Shown: positions 9,542-19,635, counted from the first letter of the stretch. The stretch is 64,000 nt of DNA from Deltaproteobacteria bacterium (GCA_052390235.1 JBQTHB010000006.1:195579-259578), one strand, 5' to 3'. Made by a program: numbers and translations. Notes: generated by a model not told the origin, from the letters alone.

Positions 9542-10435
9542 GTGCGGGGAGAAACCATGGCAAATGGGCTAAGAGGAGCGGCCGATAGCCGCGCTGTCGA
9601 GCGAATCTCGGTGCAGAAGGTCAGCCGCAGAGGGTTATACACCGAAGAAGAAGACCTCGTCGCCGTCGAAGAGCCGCTTCAAATACGCCTTAATTACCAC
9701 TCTGGCGGGGCGCACAGGCGCAAAACCCTATCAATCACGATGCGCACCCCAGGAGACGACGAAGAGCTTGTCGCGGGGTTTTTATTCACCGAGGGGATTA
9801 TCCAAAGCGCGGGGGACGTCGAGCGTATCAGCGCCGAGGGGAACGTCGCCGAGGCGGAATTGACCACAGATGCGGAGGTTGACCCGTCGGCTTTCGAGCG
9901 GAATTTCTATATGCACTCCGGCTGCGGCGTCTGCGGCAGGGCTTCAATCGAATCCCTAGCCGGGTTGCTCCAGCATCGGAGACTTAAAGAGGGGTATCGC
10001 CGTTTCAGAGCGGACGTTATCTCGCGCCTGCCGATGACTCTGCGAGAGGCGCAGTCGGTCTTTGGATTCACCGGAGGGCTTCACGCCGCCGCCCTTTTCG
10101 ATTCCGAGGGCAATTTACTGGCGATTAGAGAGGACGTGGGTCGCCACAACGCGGTGGATAAGCTCGTAGGCTCGCTCCTGCTCAAAGGGGAAATCCCGCT
10201 CCCAGACAGACTCGTGATGGTAAGCGGGCGGGCGAGCTTTGAACTCGCGCACAAGGCAATTGCCGCCGGATTCTTAGCGCTTGCCGCCGTTGGCGCGCCG
10301 TCGAGCCTGGCTGTGGAGGCGGCGCGGGAATTCAACCTGACGCTTCTTGGGTTTGTGCGCGACGGCAGATTCAACATTTACTGCGGGAGCGAGCGAATCA
10401 CAGAGAGCGGCGAAGGGAATATCGCGGCGCTCTGA
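9542..10435 (+). CDS. fdhD: Formate dehydrogenase accessory sulfurtransferase FdhD
   Basis: 297 aa with the conserved HSGCGVCG active-site cysteine motif and a RHNAVDK motif. Confidence 0.85.
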   Translation: MRGETMANGLRGAADSRAVERISVQKVSRRGLYTEEEDLVAVEEPLQIRLNYHSGGAHRRKTLSITMRTPGDDEELVAGFLFTEGIIQSAGDVERISAEGNVAEAELTTDAEVDPSAFERNFYMHSGCGVCGRASIESLAGLLQHRRLKEGYRRFRADVISRLPMTLREAQSVFGFTGGLHAAALFDSEGNLLAIREDVGRHNAVDKLVGSLLLKGEIPLPDRLVMVSGRASFELAHKAIAAGFLALAAVGAPSSLAVEAAREFNLTLLGFVRDGRFNIYCGSERITESGEGNIAAL

Positions 10436-10518
10436 ATAATCCATGCCGATGGGTGCATCCACAAGTTACCCCTGCCCTACCCCCACAGTCGGAGGGGGCG
10501 GTTTTGGGACAATAAGCC

Positions 10519-12825
10519 ATGGACGAGAGAGAGAAATTAAAACCTAGTCCGCAGACCCCGCAGGAGAGCGGCAAGCCGAGGATTGGGGCGAGGGCAAAGT
10601 CAGCCGCAGGGGGTTTTGCTATCGTCTCCGCAATCAAGCGCGCATACTCGGAAATGGGCGTATCGAGAGGGGTTAGAACGCTTCTTAGGGTGAATCAAAG
10701 GGGCGGTTTCGACTGCCAGAGCTGCGCCTGGCCCAACCCGGAAGAGGAGCGGCATACGGCTGAATTCTGCGAGAACGGGGCAAAAGCCGTCGCCGATGAA
10801 GCGACTCTAAAGCGCGTGAATCCAGATTTTTTCCGCAATTGGACGGTTTCGCGGCTCGCCGAGCAGTCGGATTTCTGGCTCAACGCGCAGGGGCGGCTCG
10901 CTCATCCGATGATTCTTAGGGAGGGAAGCCGGCGCTACGAGCCTCTGTGTTGGGAGGAGGCGTTCGAGATTATCGCAGAGGAGCTAAAATGCCTCTCATC
11001 GCCGGATGAAGCGCTCTTCTACACCTCCGGGCGGACGAGCAACGAGGCGGCTTTTTTGTATCAGCTCTTCGCAAGGGAGTTCGGCACGAATAACCTTCCG
11101 GACTGCTCCAATATGTGCCACGAGTCAAGCGGCAGAGCGCTCGGCGAGGTCATAGGGGTGGGCAAAGGCACGGTGAGCCTCAGGGATTTCGAGCTTGCCG
11201 AGGCGATATTCGTCGTCGGGCAGAACCCGGGGACGAATCATCCGAGAATGCTCGCATCTCTGGAAAAGGCAAAACGCGGGGGCGCGAAAATCGTCGCCGT
11301 AAACCCCCTGCCCGAAGCCGGACTCATGCGCTTTAAAAACCCTCAGGAAATCCTAAGGGGAATCATCGGGGGCGGCACAGAGCTTGCCGACCTCTTCCTT
11401 CAAGTGCGCATCGGAGGGGATATCGCGCTTTTCAAAGGCATCATGAAGCAGATGCTTCAGCGTGAGACCCTGCGCCCCGGCTCGGTCTTAGATTCGGGTT
11501 TCATCAGCGAATTCACCGCAGGATTCGAGGGCTTCAGGGATAGCACAGAGCGCGCGGGATGGGACGAAATCCTGCGGGAGAGCGGCGTCTCGCGGGAGGC
11601 TATCGGCAAAGCCGCGCAGATTGCGGCGCAGTCCAGGGCAACTATTGTCTGCTGGGCTATGGGGATTACTCAGCACAAACACGCCGTGGCAACGATTCAA
11701 GAGATAGTCAATTTCCTGCTCCTGCGAGGGCAAATTGGCAAACCCGGCGCGGGGGTCTGCCCCGTCAGAGGGCATAGCAACGTCCAAGGCGACCGCACCA
11801 TGGGTATTTGCGAGCGACCGACTGAGGCGTTTTTGGACGCTCTGGCGCGCGAGTTTGGCTTCACCCCGCCCCGCCGGCACGGATTCGACACCGTGCAGGC
11901 AATTGAGGCAATGCACAGCGGCAGAGCAAAGGTGTTTATTGCAATGGGAGGGAATTTTCTCTCTGCAACGCCCGACACCCGATACACCGCCCGCGCTCTG
12001 GGAAAATGCTCCCTCACCGTTCAAATATCCACTAAACTCAGCCGCTCGCACCTCATCACTGGAAGGCGCGCTCTCATCCTCCCCTGCCTCGGACGCTCCG
12101 AGCAGGACACTCAGGCATCAGGCGGGCAGTTCGTAACGGTAGAAGACTCGATGAGCATCATAAGCTCCTCACAAGGATTCCTCCCGCCGGCATCAGAGCA
12201 TCTCATGAGCGAGCTTGCTATAGTTGCAGGAATTGCAAGGGCGACTCTCGGAGGGAGAAGCCGAGTAAACTGGCAGGGGTTCGCCGGAAACTATGACCGC
12301 ATCCGGGACTCCATCGAGCGGGTAATTCCGGGATTCGAGGGCTTCAACAAACGCATCCGCGAGGGGAGCTTTTATCTTCCGAACAGGGCAGGAGAGCGAA
12401 AATTCGACACGCCGACGCAGAGGGCGACATTTACAACCCACCCGATCCCCCGCGCCGGAGTGGAATCGGGGCGATACGCGATGATGACCATCCGAAGCCA
12501 CGACCAGTTCAACACGACCGTTTACGGCTTGGACGACCGCTACCGCGGGGTTTATGGCGGCAGGCGCGTAATTTTTCTCAACGCCGAAGATATGAGAGAT
12601 GAGGGGATTGCCGAGGGTCAGTTTGTGGACATCACGAGCCACTTCGAGGGCGAAGAGCGCGGGGCAGAGAAATTCGCCGCCGTCCCCTATGACATCCCCA
12701 GAGGGTGCGCCGCGACTTATTTCCCCGAAGCAAACCCTCTAGTGCCGATACGCAGCACGGCTGAGATTAGCAATACGCCCACGTCAAAATTCATCGTCAT
12801 AAGCCTCAAGCCCTCGGAGCAATAA
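10519..12825 (+). CDS. ydeP: Molybdopterin oxidoreductase alpha subunit, FdhF-like YdeP family
   Basis: 768 aa with an N-terminal Cys cluster (CQSCAWPNPEE...C) and a molybdopterin-binding domain. It is closely similar in length and architecture to the YdeP family, and it sits next to fdhD. Confidence 0.8.
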   Translation: MDEREKLKPSPQTPQESGKPRIGARAKSAAGGFAIVSAIKRAYSEMGVSRGVRTLLRVNQRGGFDCQSCAWPNPEEERHTAEFCENGAKAVADEATLKRVNPDFFRNWTVSRLAEQSDFWLNAQGRLAHPMILREGSRRYEPLCWEEAFEIIAEELKCLSSPDEALFYTSGRTSNEAAFLYQLFAREFGTNNLPDCSNMCHESSGRALGEVIGVGKGTVSLRDFELAEAIFVVGQNPGTNHPRMLASLEKAKRGGAKIVAVNPLPEAGLMRFKNPQEILRGIIGGGTELADLFLQVRIGGDIALFKGIMKQMLQRETLRPGSVLDSGFISEFTAGFEGFRDSTERAGWDEILRESGVSREAIGKAAQIAAQSRATIVCWAMGITQHKHAVATIQEIVNFLLLRGQIGKPGAGVCPVRGHSNVQGDRTMGICERPTEAFLDALAREFGFTPPRRHGFDTVQAIEAMHSGRAKVFIAMGGNFLSATPDTRYTARALGKCSLTVQISTKLSRSHLITGRRALILPCLGRSEQDTQASGGQFVTVEDSMSIISSSQGFLPPASEHLMSELAIVAGIARATLGGRSRVNWQGFAGNYDRIRDSIERVIPGFEGFNKRIREGSFYLPNRAGERKFDTPTQRATFTTHPIPRAGVESGRYAMMTIRSHDQFNTTVYGLDDRYRGVYGGRRVIFLNAEDMRDEGIAEGQFVDITSHFEGEERGAEKFAAVPYDIPRGCAATYFPEANPLVPIRSTAEISNTPTSKFIVISLKPSEQ

Positions 12826-12896
12826 ATCTCAAGAAGCGAATTCCCAGCTCAAGAGGGGCGGAGAAAAGGGTTTATACATCACCCCGTACTCCCGCC

Positions 12897-15671
12897 CTAA
12901 TGCGCCTCAGCCCAGTTTGCGCCGACCCCCATCTCCACGGAAAGCGGCACGGATAGCTTCCACGCCCCCTCCATTTCGGCTTTGACAATTCTGCGAAGCT
13001 CGTAGAGTTCGTCCTCGTGAACCTCGAATAGAAGCTCGTCGTGTACCTGGAGTATCATGCGGGACTTATAGCCCCTGAGGCTCTCTCGGATTTTAATCAT
13101 CGCTATCTTGATTATGTCGGCGGCTGTGCCTTGAATGGGCGTATTGATTGCCGTGCGCTCGCCGAATCCGCGCAGAGTTCTGTCTTTCGAGGCAAGCTCA
13201 GGTATCGGGCGGCGGCGTCCGAGGATGGTCTCGGCAAAGCCCCTGCCCCTCGCCTCCTCAATCGAGCGCTCCATGTAGGATTTCACCCCTCCGTAGCGCT
13301 TGAAATACTCGTCTATGTACCCCTTGGCGACGGTGTTTGAAGAGCCTAGCTGTCTTGCCAGCCCGAACGCGCTAATGCCGTAGATGATGCCGAAGTTTAT
13401 CGTCTTGGCGAGCCTTCTCATATCCGGGGTAACGCTCTTTTCATCCACGCCAAAAATCTCCGCTCCGGTTCTCGTGTGAATATCCGCCCCCCTCAAGAAC
13501 GCTTCAATTAAATTCTCATCCCCTGAGAAATGGGCGAGAAGCCGAAGCTCAATTTGGGAATAATCCGCCGAGAGCATGACGAACCCCTCTTCGGGGACGA
13601 AGGCCTCTCTGATGCGTCTGCCCTCGGGGGTTTTAATTGGGATGTTCTGGAGGTTTGGCTCGCTTGAACTGAGCCTGCCCGTGGTTGTGCCGGTCTGATT
13701 GAACGAGGTGTGGATGCGCCCTGTTTTGGGGTTTACGAGCCTCGGCAGGGCATCAACATAAGTGGATTTGAGCTTCATAAGCCCCCTGTGTTCCAGCACG
13801 CGCGCAGGCACTTCGTGAATCTCGGCAAGCTCGGATAGGACTTCGACGTCCGTAGAAGCCTCGCCGCCTTTGGTGAGCTTCTTGCGCGGGAGCCCGATTC
13901 TCTCGAATAGAATTTCCCGAAGCTGCGCCGGGGAGTTGAGATTAAACCTCTCGCCGACCTGCGAATAAATCCCCTCGGCGATTCTATCGAGTCCCTTTTC
14001 AAATTCAACCGAGAGCCTGCCGAGAAACCGCGAGTCAATCCCAACGCCGCAGGATTCCATATCCGCAAGCACGGGAATAAATCTAAGCTCGACCTGCCGG
14101 TAATTGTCCATCAATCCGAGATTGTCCAAATCCGGCGAGAGTCGCCGCTCCAGAGCAAGCGCAACGTCCGCATCCTCGCATGAATAGACCCTAGCCCGCT
14201 CCAAATCTACTTGGTCGAAGGCAATTTTACCCTTTCCCGACCCCGTAACGTCCTCGTAGGTGATGGTCTTGTGCGCGAGGTAAATGCGGGAAAGCTCGTC
14301 GAGGCTATAGCTCATGCGGGATGAGTCGAGCGTGTGGGCGGCTATCATGGCATCAGAGGATATGCCCCTTAGCTCAATCCCGTGCCGGCGAAGGATAATA
14401 TACTCGTACTTGAGATTCTGCCCGATTTTACGAATCCCATCGCTCTCTAAGAGGGGTTTTAGCTTATCGAGCAGGAATTCGAGTTTTAACTGCGCGGCGG
14501 GGGCTCCGAGAAGAGAGCTATGCCCGACGGGAACGTAGTGAGCCTCCCCAGGGGCGTGGCAGAGGGCAACGCCAACAATTTCCGCATCTATCGGGCTAAG
14601 GGACGTCGTCTCGAGGTCAATGGAAAGCTCCCCGGTGCGCGCTATTGCCTCGATAACCTCGGCGAGGGCTTCGCCGGAGGATACGAGCCGGTAGTTATCA
14701 TAGGAAATTGTGTCCGCGTCAGCGCCGCCGGGGGATTTTTCCGATTCCTGCGCCCTGACGATGCGCGAATCGAGCGGGCGAATGAATCCGGCGGGCCTAT
14801 TTACCGGCCCTGCGGCTTCGGATTTAAGCGCGTCTCGCAGGAGGGAGTGGAACTCGAATTCCTCGAACAGAGCGCGAAGCTCGTCGCGGCGCGCGCCCTC
14901 GTACTTGAAATCGGCAATAGAGGCGGCAATGGGGACTTTTATGTCTATCGTCGCAAGGGCTTTGCTGAGGATGACCTTGTCTCTGTCGTTTATGAGAATT
15001 TCTCTCTGACGGGGGGATAGGGAGTCTAAATTTGCGTATAGACTATCGAGCGAGCCGAATTTTTTAATAAGCCCCGAGGCGGTTTTATCGCCGATTCCCC
15101 TAGCCCCGGGAATGTTGTCCACTGAATCCCCTGAGAGGGCAAGCACGTCAACGACTCTCTCGGGCAGGACGCCGAATTTCTCCTCGACATCTCTGGCGCC
15201 CGTCCGCCTGCCGTGCATCGTGTCGAAGAGCGTGATTTTATCCGAGACGATTTGGCAGAAGTCCTTATCGCCCGTTACGATGACGACGCTTATTCCGTCC
15301 CTCTCGGCGGATTTGGCGAATGTGCCAATGATGTCGTCAGCCTCAAAACCCTCCATCTGGAAATCGGCGACTCCGATGGCGCGGGTAATATCAAAAATCC
15401 GCGGGAATTGGATTTTTAGCTCGTCGGGCGGCTCGGAGCGTCCCGCTTTGTAGAGGGGATAATACTCGTGGCGGAAGGTTTTATCCTTGGAATCGAAGAC
15501 GGCGGCTATGTATCGGGGGTTTGCGCCTTTGATAAATTTCATTAGCATCGAGGAATAGCCAAATAGCGCGTTCGTGGGAAACCCCCGCGAGGTGGCAAGA
15601 CCCCTCACGCCGTGAAAAGCCCGAAACACGTAGGAGCTTGCGTCAATTAGGTATAAAATTGGCTCGGTCAT
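12897..15671 (-). CDS. polA: DNA polymerase I
   Basis: 924 aa containing a 5'-3' exonuclease domain, a 3'-5' exonuclease domain, and the polymerase motifs DYSQIELR and QVHDEL. Confidence 0.97.
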   Translation of the reverse strand: MTEPILYLIDASSYVFRAFHGVRGLATSRGFPTNALFGYSSMLMKFIKGANPRYIAAVFDSKDKTFRHEYYPLYKAGRSEPPDELKIQFPRIFDITRAIGVADFQMEGFEADDIIGTFAKSAERDGISVVIVTGDKDFCQIVSDKITLFDTMHGRRTGARDVEEKFGVLPERVVDVLALSGDSVDNIPGARGIGDKTASGLIKKFGSLDSLYANLDSLSPRQREILINDRDKVILSKALATIDIKVPIAASIADFKYEGARRDELRALFEEFEFHSLLRDALKSEAAGPVNRPAGFIRPLDSRIVRAQESEKSPGGADADTISYDNYRLVSSGEALAEVIEAIARTGELSIDLETTSLSPIDAEIVGVALCHAPGEAHYVPVGHSSLLGAPAAQLKLEFLLDKLKPLLESDGIRKIGQNLKYEYIILRRHGIELRGISSDAMIAAHTLDSSRMSYSLDELSRIYLAHKTITYEDVTGSGKGKIAFDQVDLERARVYSCEDADVALALERRLSPDLDNLGLMDNYRQVELRFIPVLADMESCGVGIDSRFLGRLSVEFEKGLDRIAEGIYSQVGERFNLNSPAQLREILFERIGLPRKKLTKGGEASTDVEVLSELAEIHEVPARVLEHRGLMKLKSTYVDALPRLVNPKTGRIHTSFNQTGTTTGRLSSSEPNLQNIPIKTPEGRRIREAFVPEEGFVMLSADYSQIELRLLAHFSGDENLIEAFLRGADIHTRTGAEIFGVDEKSVTPDMRRLAKTINFGIIYGISAFGLARQLGSSNTVAKGYIDEYFKRYGGVKSYMERSIEEARGRGFAETILGRRRPIPELASKDRTLRGFGERTAINTPIQGTAADIIKIAMIKIRESLRGYKSRMILQVHDELLFEVHEDELYELRRIVKAEMEGAWKLSVPLSVEMGVGANWAEAH

Positions 15672-15780
15672 CGCCCTACATTATGCAGGATGCCGGGCGC
15701 AGGATGCAAGATTTACGATACGCGATGCAGCGCCTAAGTTGTCGCGAATGGGAAAATATGCAAAGCTCTAATAACTCACA

Positions 15781-16980
15781 ATGGACAGGGACTGCGAAAT
15801 TCTCATCGCCGGCGCAGGCATCACGGGGCTTGCCATAGCGCGCGAGCTTCTAAGACGCGGCGAGGGCGGCATTGTCATCATCGAGAAGGAAAAATCCCCC
15901 GGCATCCACGCAAGCGGCAGAAACAGCGGAGTGCTTCACGCGGGAGTCTATTACGCCCCCGACACGCTAAAGGCAAAATTCTGCGCCGAGGGAAACCGTC
16001 TCATGAGAGAGTTCTGCCGCGAAAAGGGACTCGCCCTCATAGAATGCGGCAAGTTGATAGTTACGCGGGATGAGTCTAGGCTCGAAGGGCTGTTTGAACT
16101 CAAGGCAAGAGCCGACCTCTGCGGCGCAAGGGCTTTTATAGTGGATGAAAGAGACGCCGCGCAAATTGAACCCTACGCCAAGACCTGCGGGAGGGCGCTC
16201 TTCTCCCCCGATACAGCCGTGATTAACCCGGGGCAGATAGTTTCCGCTCTCGCCCGCGAGATTGAACTTTCGGGAATGGCGCACATCCTCTATGGGGCGC
16301 GTTTTATGAGGCTCAAAGGGAGCGGCAGGGCGGTAACATCGGCTGGAGTGATAAAATTCGGCAAATTTATAAACGCCGCAGGAGCGCACGCCGACACCTT
16401 AGCGCATACATTCGGAGTCGGGAGAAATTTCAAAATTATCCCCTTCAAAGGGAGCTATAAAAAGCTCAGGAAAGAGCGCGATTTTCTCGTGCGAGGCAAC
16501 ATTTACCCCGTGCCGGATTTAAGAAACCCATTTCTGGGTATTCACTTCACCAGAGGGGCGGACGGGAGCGTTTACGCAGGCCCAACGGCAACTCCGGCGT
16601 TCGGGCGCGAGCAGTACGGCGGTTTCGGGAAACCGTCTTTTGAAGCCCTCTCGATACTCTATCGGGACGGGGCGATGTTTCTGCGCAATGAGGCGTTTCG
16701 AGCCTCCGCCGTGGACGAGATAAAAAAACTCGGGAAGCGGTATTTCTTTGAAGAGGCGGCGGGACTCGTCCAGGGGCTTGCGCCGGAAGACCTAGTTGAG
16801 ACGGATAAATCCGGCATCAGGGCTCAACTCGTGGATTGGGAAGCGAAGAGGCTCGTCATGGATTTCATGCTAATCAGGGACGGGGGCTCGCTCCATGTGC
16901 TGAACGCAATATCGCCGGCTTTCACCTCGTCAATGGCGTTTGCAAGGCACGCGGCGGACGTGTTTCTTGCAAAATCATAG
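15781..16980 (+). CDS. lhgO: FAD-dependent L-2-hydroxyglutarate oxidase/dehydrogenase (LhgO/YgaF family)
   Basis: 399 aa with the N-terminal dinucleotide fold ILIAGAGITGLAIAREL and an SGRNSGVLHAGVYY motif. Confidence 0.75.
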   Translation: MDRDCEILIAGAGITGLAIARELLRRGEGGIVIIEKEKSPGIHASGRNSGVLHAGVYYAPDTLKAKFCAEGNRLMREFCREKGLALIECGKLIVTRDESRLEGLFELKARADLCGARAFIVDERDAAQIEPYAKTCGRALFSPDTAVINPGQIVSALAREIELSGMAHILYGARFMRLKGSGRAVTSAGVIKFGKFINAAGAHADTLAHTFGVGRNFKIIPFKGSYKKLRKERDFLVRGNIYPVPDLRNPFLGIHFTRGADGSVYAGPTATPAFGREQYGGFGKPSFEALSILYRDGAMFLRNEAFRASAVDEIKKLGKRYFFEEAAGLVQGLAPEDLVETDKSGIRAQLVDWEAKRLVMDFMLIRDGGSLHVLNAISPAFTSSMAFARHAADVFLAKS

Positions 16981-17103
16981 CGGAGAGGGAAGAGAGTTTT
17001 TAGTGGCGAGTGATGAAACCTGGAGCTGGAAACCTGAGATTATCCAGCCCCTGCGAGAATTCGCGCCCAAGTCCCCCCCCAACCCCTGCGCCATCGAGCT
17101 AAA

Positions 17104-18402
17104 TCACGATGTAACGCGGGCGAGAAATCCGCTAAAAAGAACGCCGCGCAGGTTCGGGCTTCTGAGGATTTTAACAACGGCGTCCTTGTGCCAGTCAAAC
17201 TTGCCCCTTTCGGCGATGAACGAGAAAAGCCCGTCGGTTTTTGCGGCGTGAAATAGCTTGTCAATGTAGGGGTCGTCGAGCTTTGAGTAAAACCTGTGGA
17301 AATACTCGCCGAACCTGACCTCTCTGCCAACGCTTTTTTGCCATATTCTCTCATATTCAGAAAGCGCGCGGGCATCGAGGGAGCCTTTGGCGAGCGCCTT
17401 TCGGATAACATCTGAGGCGATTTGAGCCGTGATGAGACCGTAGTAAATCCCCCCGCCCGTGGTGGTTTTTATATGCCCCGCCGCCTCTCCTATGGCGATG
17501 ATTCTATCAGCGTAGCTTCGGCGTATCGCTCCGAATGCTATGCCTCGGCGCATCGCGCGGCTCAATTCTAAATCCGCATCAATCCAGGGGCTGACCTTGG
17601 CGATGGTGTTTTTCAACTCCTCGGATGCGTCCCCCGTGGTCATCACGCCGATTCTCGTCCGCCCGTCAAGCAGGGGAATCGCCCAGCCGAAAAATCCTCT
17701 TGAGGAGCCGTTGCCGAAGTAAATTTTAAGGCGGTCGGCTTCGTTGAATTTCACGTCAACCTGAATGCCTTTGATGATTTTTTTCGGACGCCCAAGCCCA
17801 AGAGCAGACTGTAGATTGAAGCTAACCCCAGTGGCTAGGACGGCGATGCGGGCGTGTATAGTAGAAATCCCGTACTCGGTTTGAACCCGGGCCTCAACTC
17901 GGTCTGCGGTGGGATGGAGCGAGAGGACTTTTGCGCCGAGGCAAATGGACGCGCCCCTGTCCCGCGCAATATCGGCAAGACGCGCGTCAAATGCGTGCCT
18001 GTCAACCACAACCGCGGCTTCCTCCGGGTGGGAGTAGCTAATTGAAATCCCTCCCGGCGAGATGAGTTCGGCTTCCTGAAGCCTTGCGGCTACCGTCTCT
18101 TTGGGAAGGTCAAACCTCCTGAAAGCCTCGGCGCTTATGACCCCGGAGCAGACAACCCCCTCGCCGATTTCGGAATCCTGCTCAAAGAGAACCGTTTCAC
18201 AGCCGTATTCGGATAGCTCGGATGCGGCGTGAAGGCCGCTTGGCCCTCCGCCAACGATAATTACATCACAACTGGCTCTGTGCAATTTAGCTATTTTTTT
18301 CCCGCAATTGTTGATTGGACACGAGAATAATACCTGATAACGCAGAATTTTCTTGCCGCCGCGCCCGCCCATAGCCCCAAATTGACAGACTCTCCTAGGC
18401 AA
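17104..18402 (-). CDS. Geranylgeranyl reductase family FAD-dependent oxidoreductase
   Basis: The maximal ORF is 432 aa, and the true start is probably downstream near the DVIIVGGGPSGL Rossmann motif. It has a GGR-family C-terminal domain. Confidence 0.75.
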   Translation of the reverse strand: MPRRVCQFGAMGGRGGKKILRYQVLFSCPINNCGKKIAKLHRASCDVIIVGGGPSGLHAASELSEYGCETVLFEQDSEIGEGVVCSGVISAEAFRRFDLPKETVAARLQEAELISPGGISISYSHPEEAAVVVDRHAFDARLADIARDRGASICLGAKVLSLHPTADRVEARVQTEYGISTIHARIAVLATGVSFNLQSALGLGRPKKIIKGIQVDVKFNEADRLKIYFGNGSSRGFFGWAIPLLDGRTRIGVMTTGDASEELKNTIAKVSPWIDADLELSRAMRRGIAFGAIRRSYADRIIAIGEAAGHIKTTTGGGIYYGLITAQIASDVIRKALAKGSLDARALSEYERIWQKSVGREVRFGEYFHRFYSKLDDPYIDKLFHAAKTDGLFSFIAERGKFDWHKDAVVKILRSPNLRGVLFSGFLARVTS

Positions 18403-18410
18403 ACTATAAT
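18382..18410 (+). promoter_or_regulatory. Consensus sigma70 promoter for the fur-family/cbiMQO operon
   Basis: TTGACA at 18382-18387, a 17-nt spacer, and TATAAT at 18405-18410. The ATG at 18435 is ~25 nt downstream. Confidence 0.6.
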
Positions 18411-18418
18411 CAATTGAT
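18409..18418. promoter_or_regulatory. Perfect 10-bp palindrome ATCAATTGAT overlapping the -10/+1 region; candidate (auto)regulatory operator
   Basis: The palindrome is self-complementary and sits immediately upstream of the Fur-family regulator gene. Confidence 0.4.
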
Positions 18419-18434
18419 AGAGTTTCTCAATTAG

Positions 18435-18899
18435 ATGCAGATGACGAAGAAGCAACACAGGTCAACAGAAAGCTCGGAAGAGAGGACGCTCTCGGCAAAA
18501 GCCCTGTTTCACAATCGCGGGTTTAAATGCACCCCTCAGCGTCTCGCCGTACTCAGGGCGCTTGAGCAGTGCAGAGGGCATATGGCTATATCGGAAATTC
18601 ACGCAAAGGTCAGAGACACACTCCCAGGCACGGGGCTTGCCACGGTATATCGCGCCCTTGAGACGCTCATCAATATATCGCTAGTCGTGAAAGTTCACCT
18701 CGAAGACAATCGCCATAGCTATTCCATCGCCCCTGAGGGACACCGCCACCCCGTAGTGTGCGTCGAGTGCAGCAGCGTCGTGGAATTTGCCGAATGCCCG
18801 CTTCAGGACATAGCCGACGCGGTATCGAAGCGGACCGGATTTTTAGTGGAGAGGCACTTTCTGCAACTGTTCGGCAGATGTCAAAAATGCAGGCTTTAA
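18435..18899 (+). CDS. Fur-family metal-responsive transcriptional regulator (likely Ni/Co-responsive, given the operon)
   Basis: 154 aa with a winged-helix region (TPQRLAVLRALE...GLATVYRALE), a metal-binding H-x-H motif and C-x-x-C pairs (CVECSS...CPLQ...CQKC). Confidence 0.85.
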   Translation: MQMTKKQHRSTESSEERTLSAKALFHNRGFKCTPQRLAVLRALEQCRGHMAISEIHAKVRDTLPGTGLATVYRALETLINISLVVKVHLEDNRHSYSIAPEGHRHPVVCVECSSVVEFAECPLQDIADAVSKRTGFLVERHFLQLFGRCQKCRL

Positions 18900-18922
18900 T
18901 AAACATCGGAGAGAATAGATAA

Positions 18923-19633
18923 ATGTCCCATTTTCATATACCCGACGGCGTGTTTCCGGTATGGCTCGTGATGGCGGGCTGGATAATTTGCGCCGCGGTG
19001 CTTTGGCTGTGCATCAGGAGGGCGCAGAAAGAGGGGATTGAGAGAAAACTGCCGCTTCTTGGGATAATTTCAGCCCTCATGATAGTCGGCATGACTCTTG
19101 AGATCGCCCCGATAGCCTATCACCTCAATCTAAGCGTTATCGCCGGAGTGGTGCTTGGGCCCGCGCTTGGTTTCATAGCGGTTTTCATCGTGGATTTAAT
19201 TATCGCCATGTTCGGACACGGCGGAATCACGGTCGTGGGGCTCAACACGCTCATAGTCGGGGCGGAGGTGGCGGTTGGGTTTTACCTGTTCCGTTTTTTC
19301 CTGTTTTTCCTAAGACACAGGAACTTCTCCGTGGGTATATCCTCTGCGCTTGCAACGGCGCTGAGCTTAATCCTAAGCGCCTCGTTTATGATAGCCTCGG
19401 TCTATTTATCCGAGATAAAACCCGAGGTCATCGCCGCCGCCGAGCATGGACACACTGAGCAAACCGCCGCGCCACACAGCCCCGCGGCAACAGGGGTGGA
19501 CATCGGCAGATTTGCCAAAATGACATTTATCCTCGGCGCCTTCGGATGGATTCTCGAAGCGGCAATAACGGGGCTTGTCATCGGCTATGTATTCCGCGTG
19601 AGACCCGATTTAATTCCGCACGGGGCTAGGTAG
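18923..19633 (+). CDS. cbiM: ECF transporter substrate-specific component CbiM/NikM, with a C-terminal extension containing an extra TM helix (possible fused N component)
   Basis: 236 aa. It starts MSHFHIPDG, the hallmark N-terminus of CbiM/NikM. The C-terminal extension carries a His-rich segment (EHGHTEQTAAPHSP) and an additional TM helix. Confidence 0.85.
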   Translation: MSHFHIPDGVFPVWLVMAGWIICAAVLWLCIRRAQKEGIERKLPLLGIISALMIVGMTLEIAPIAYHLNLSVIAGVVLGPALGFIAVFIVDLIIAMFGHGGITVVGLNTLIVGAEVAVGFYLFRFFLFFLRHRNFSVGISSALATALSLILSASFMIASVYLSEIKPEVIAAAEHGHTEQTAAPHSPAATGVDIGRFAKMTFILGAFGWILEAAITGLVIGYVFRVRPDLIPHGAR

Positions 19634-19635
19634 TC

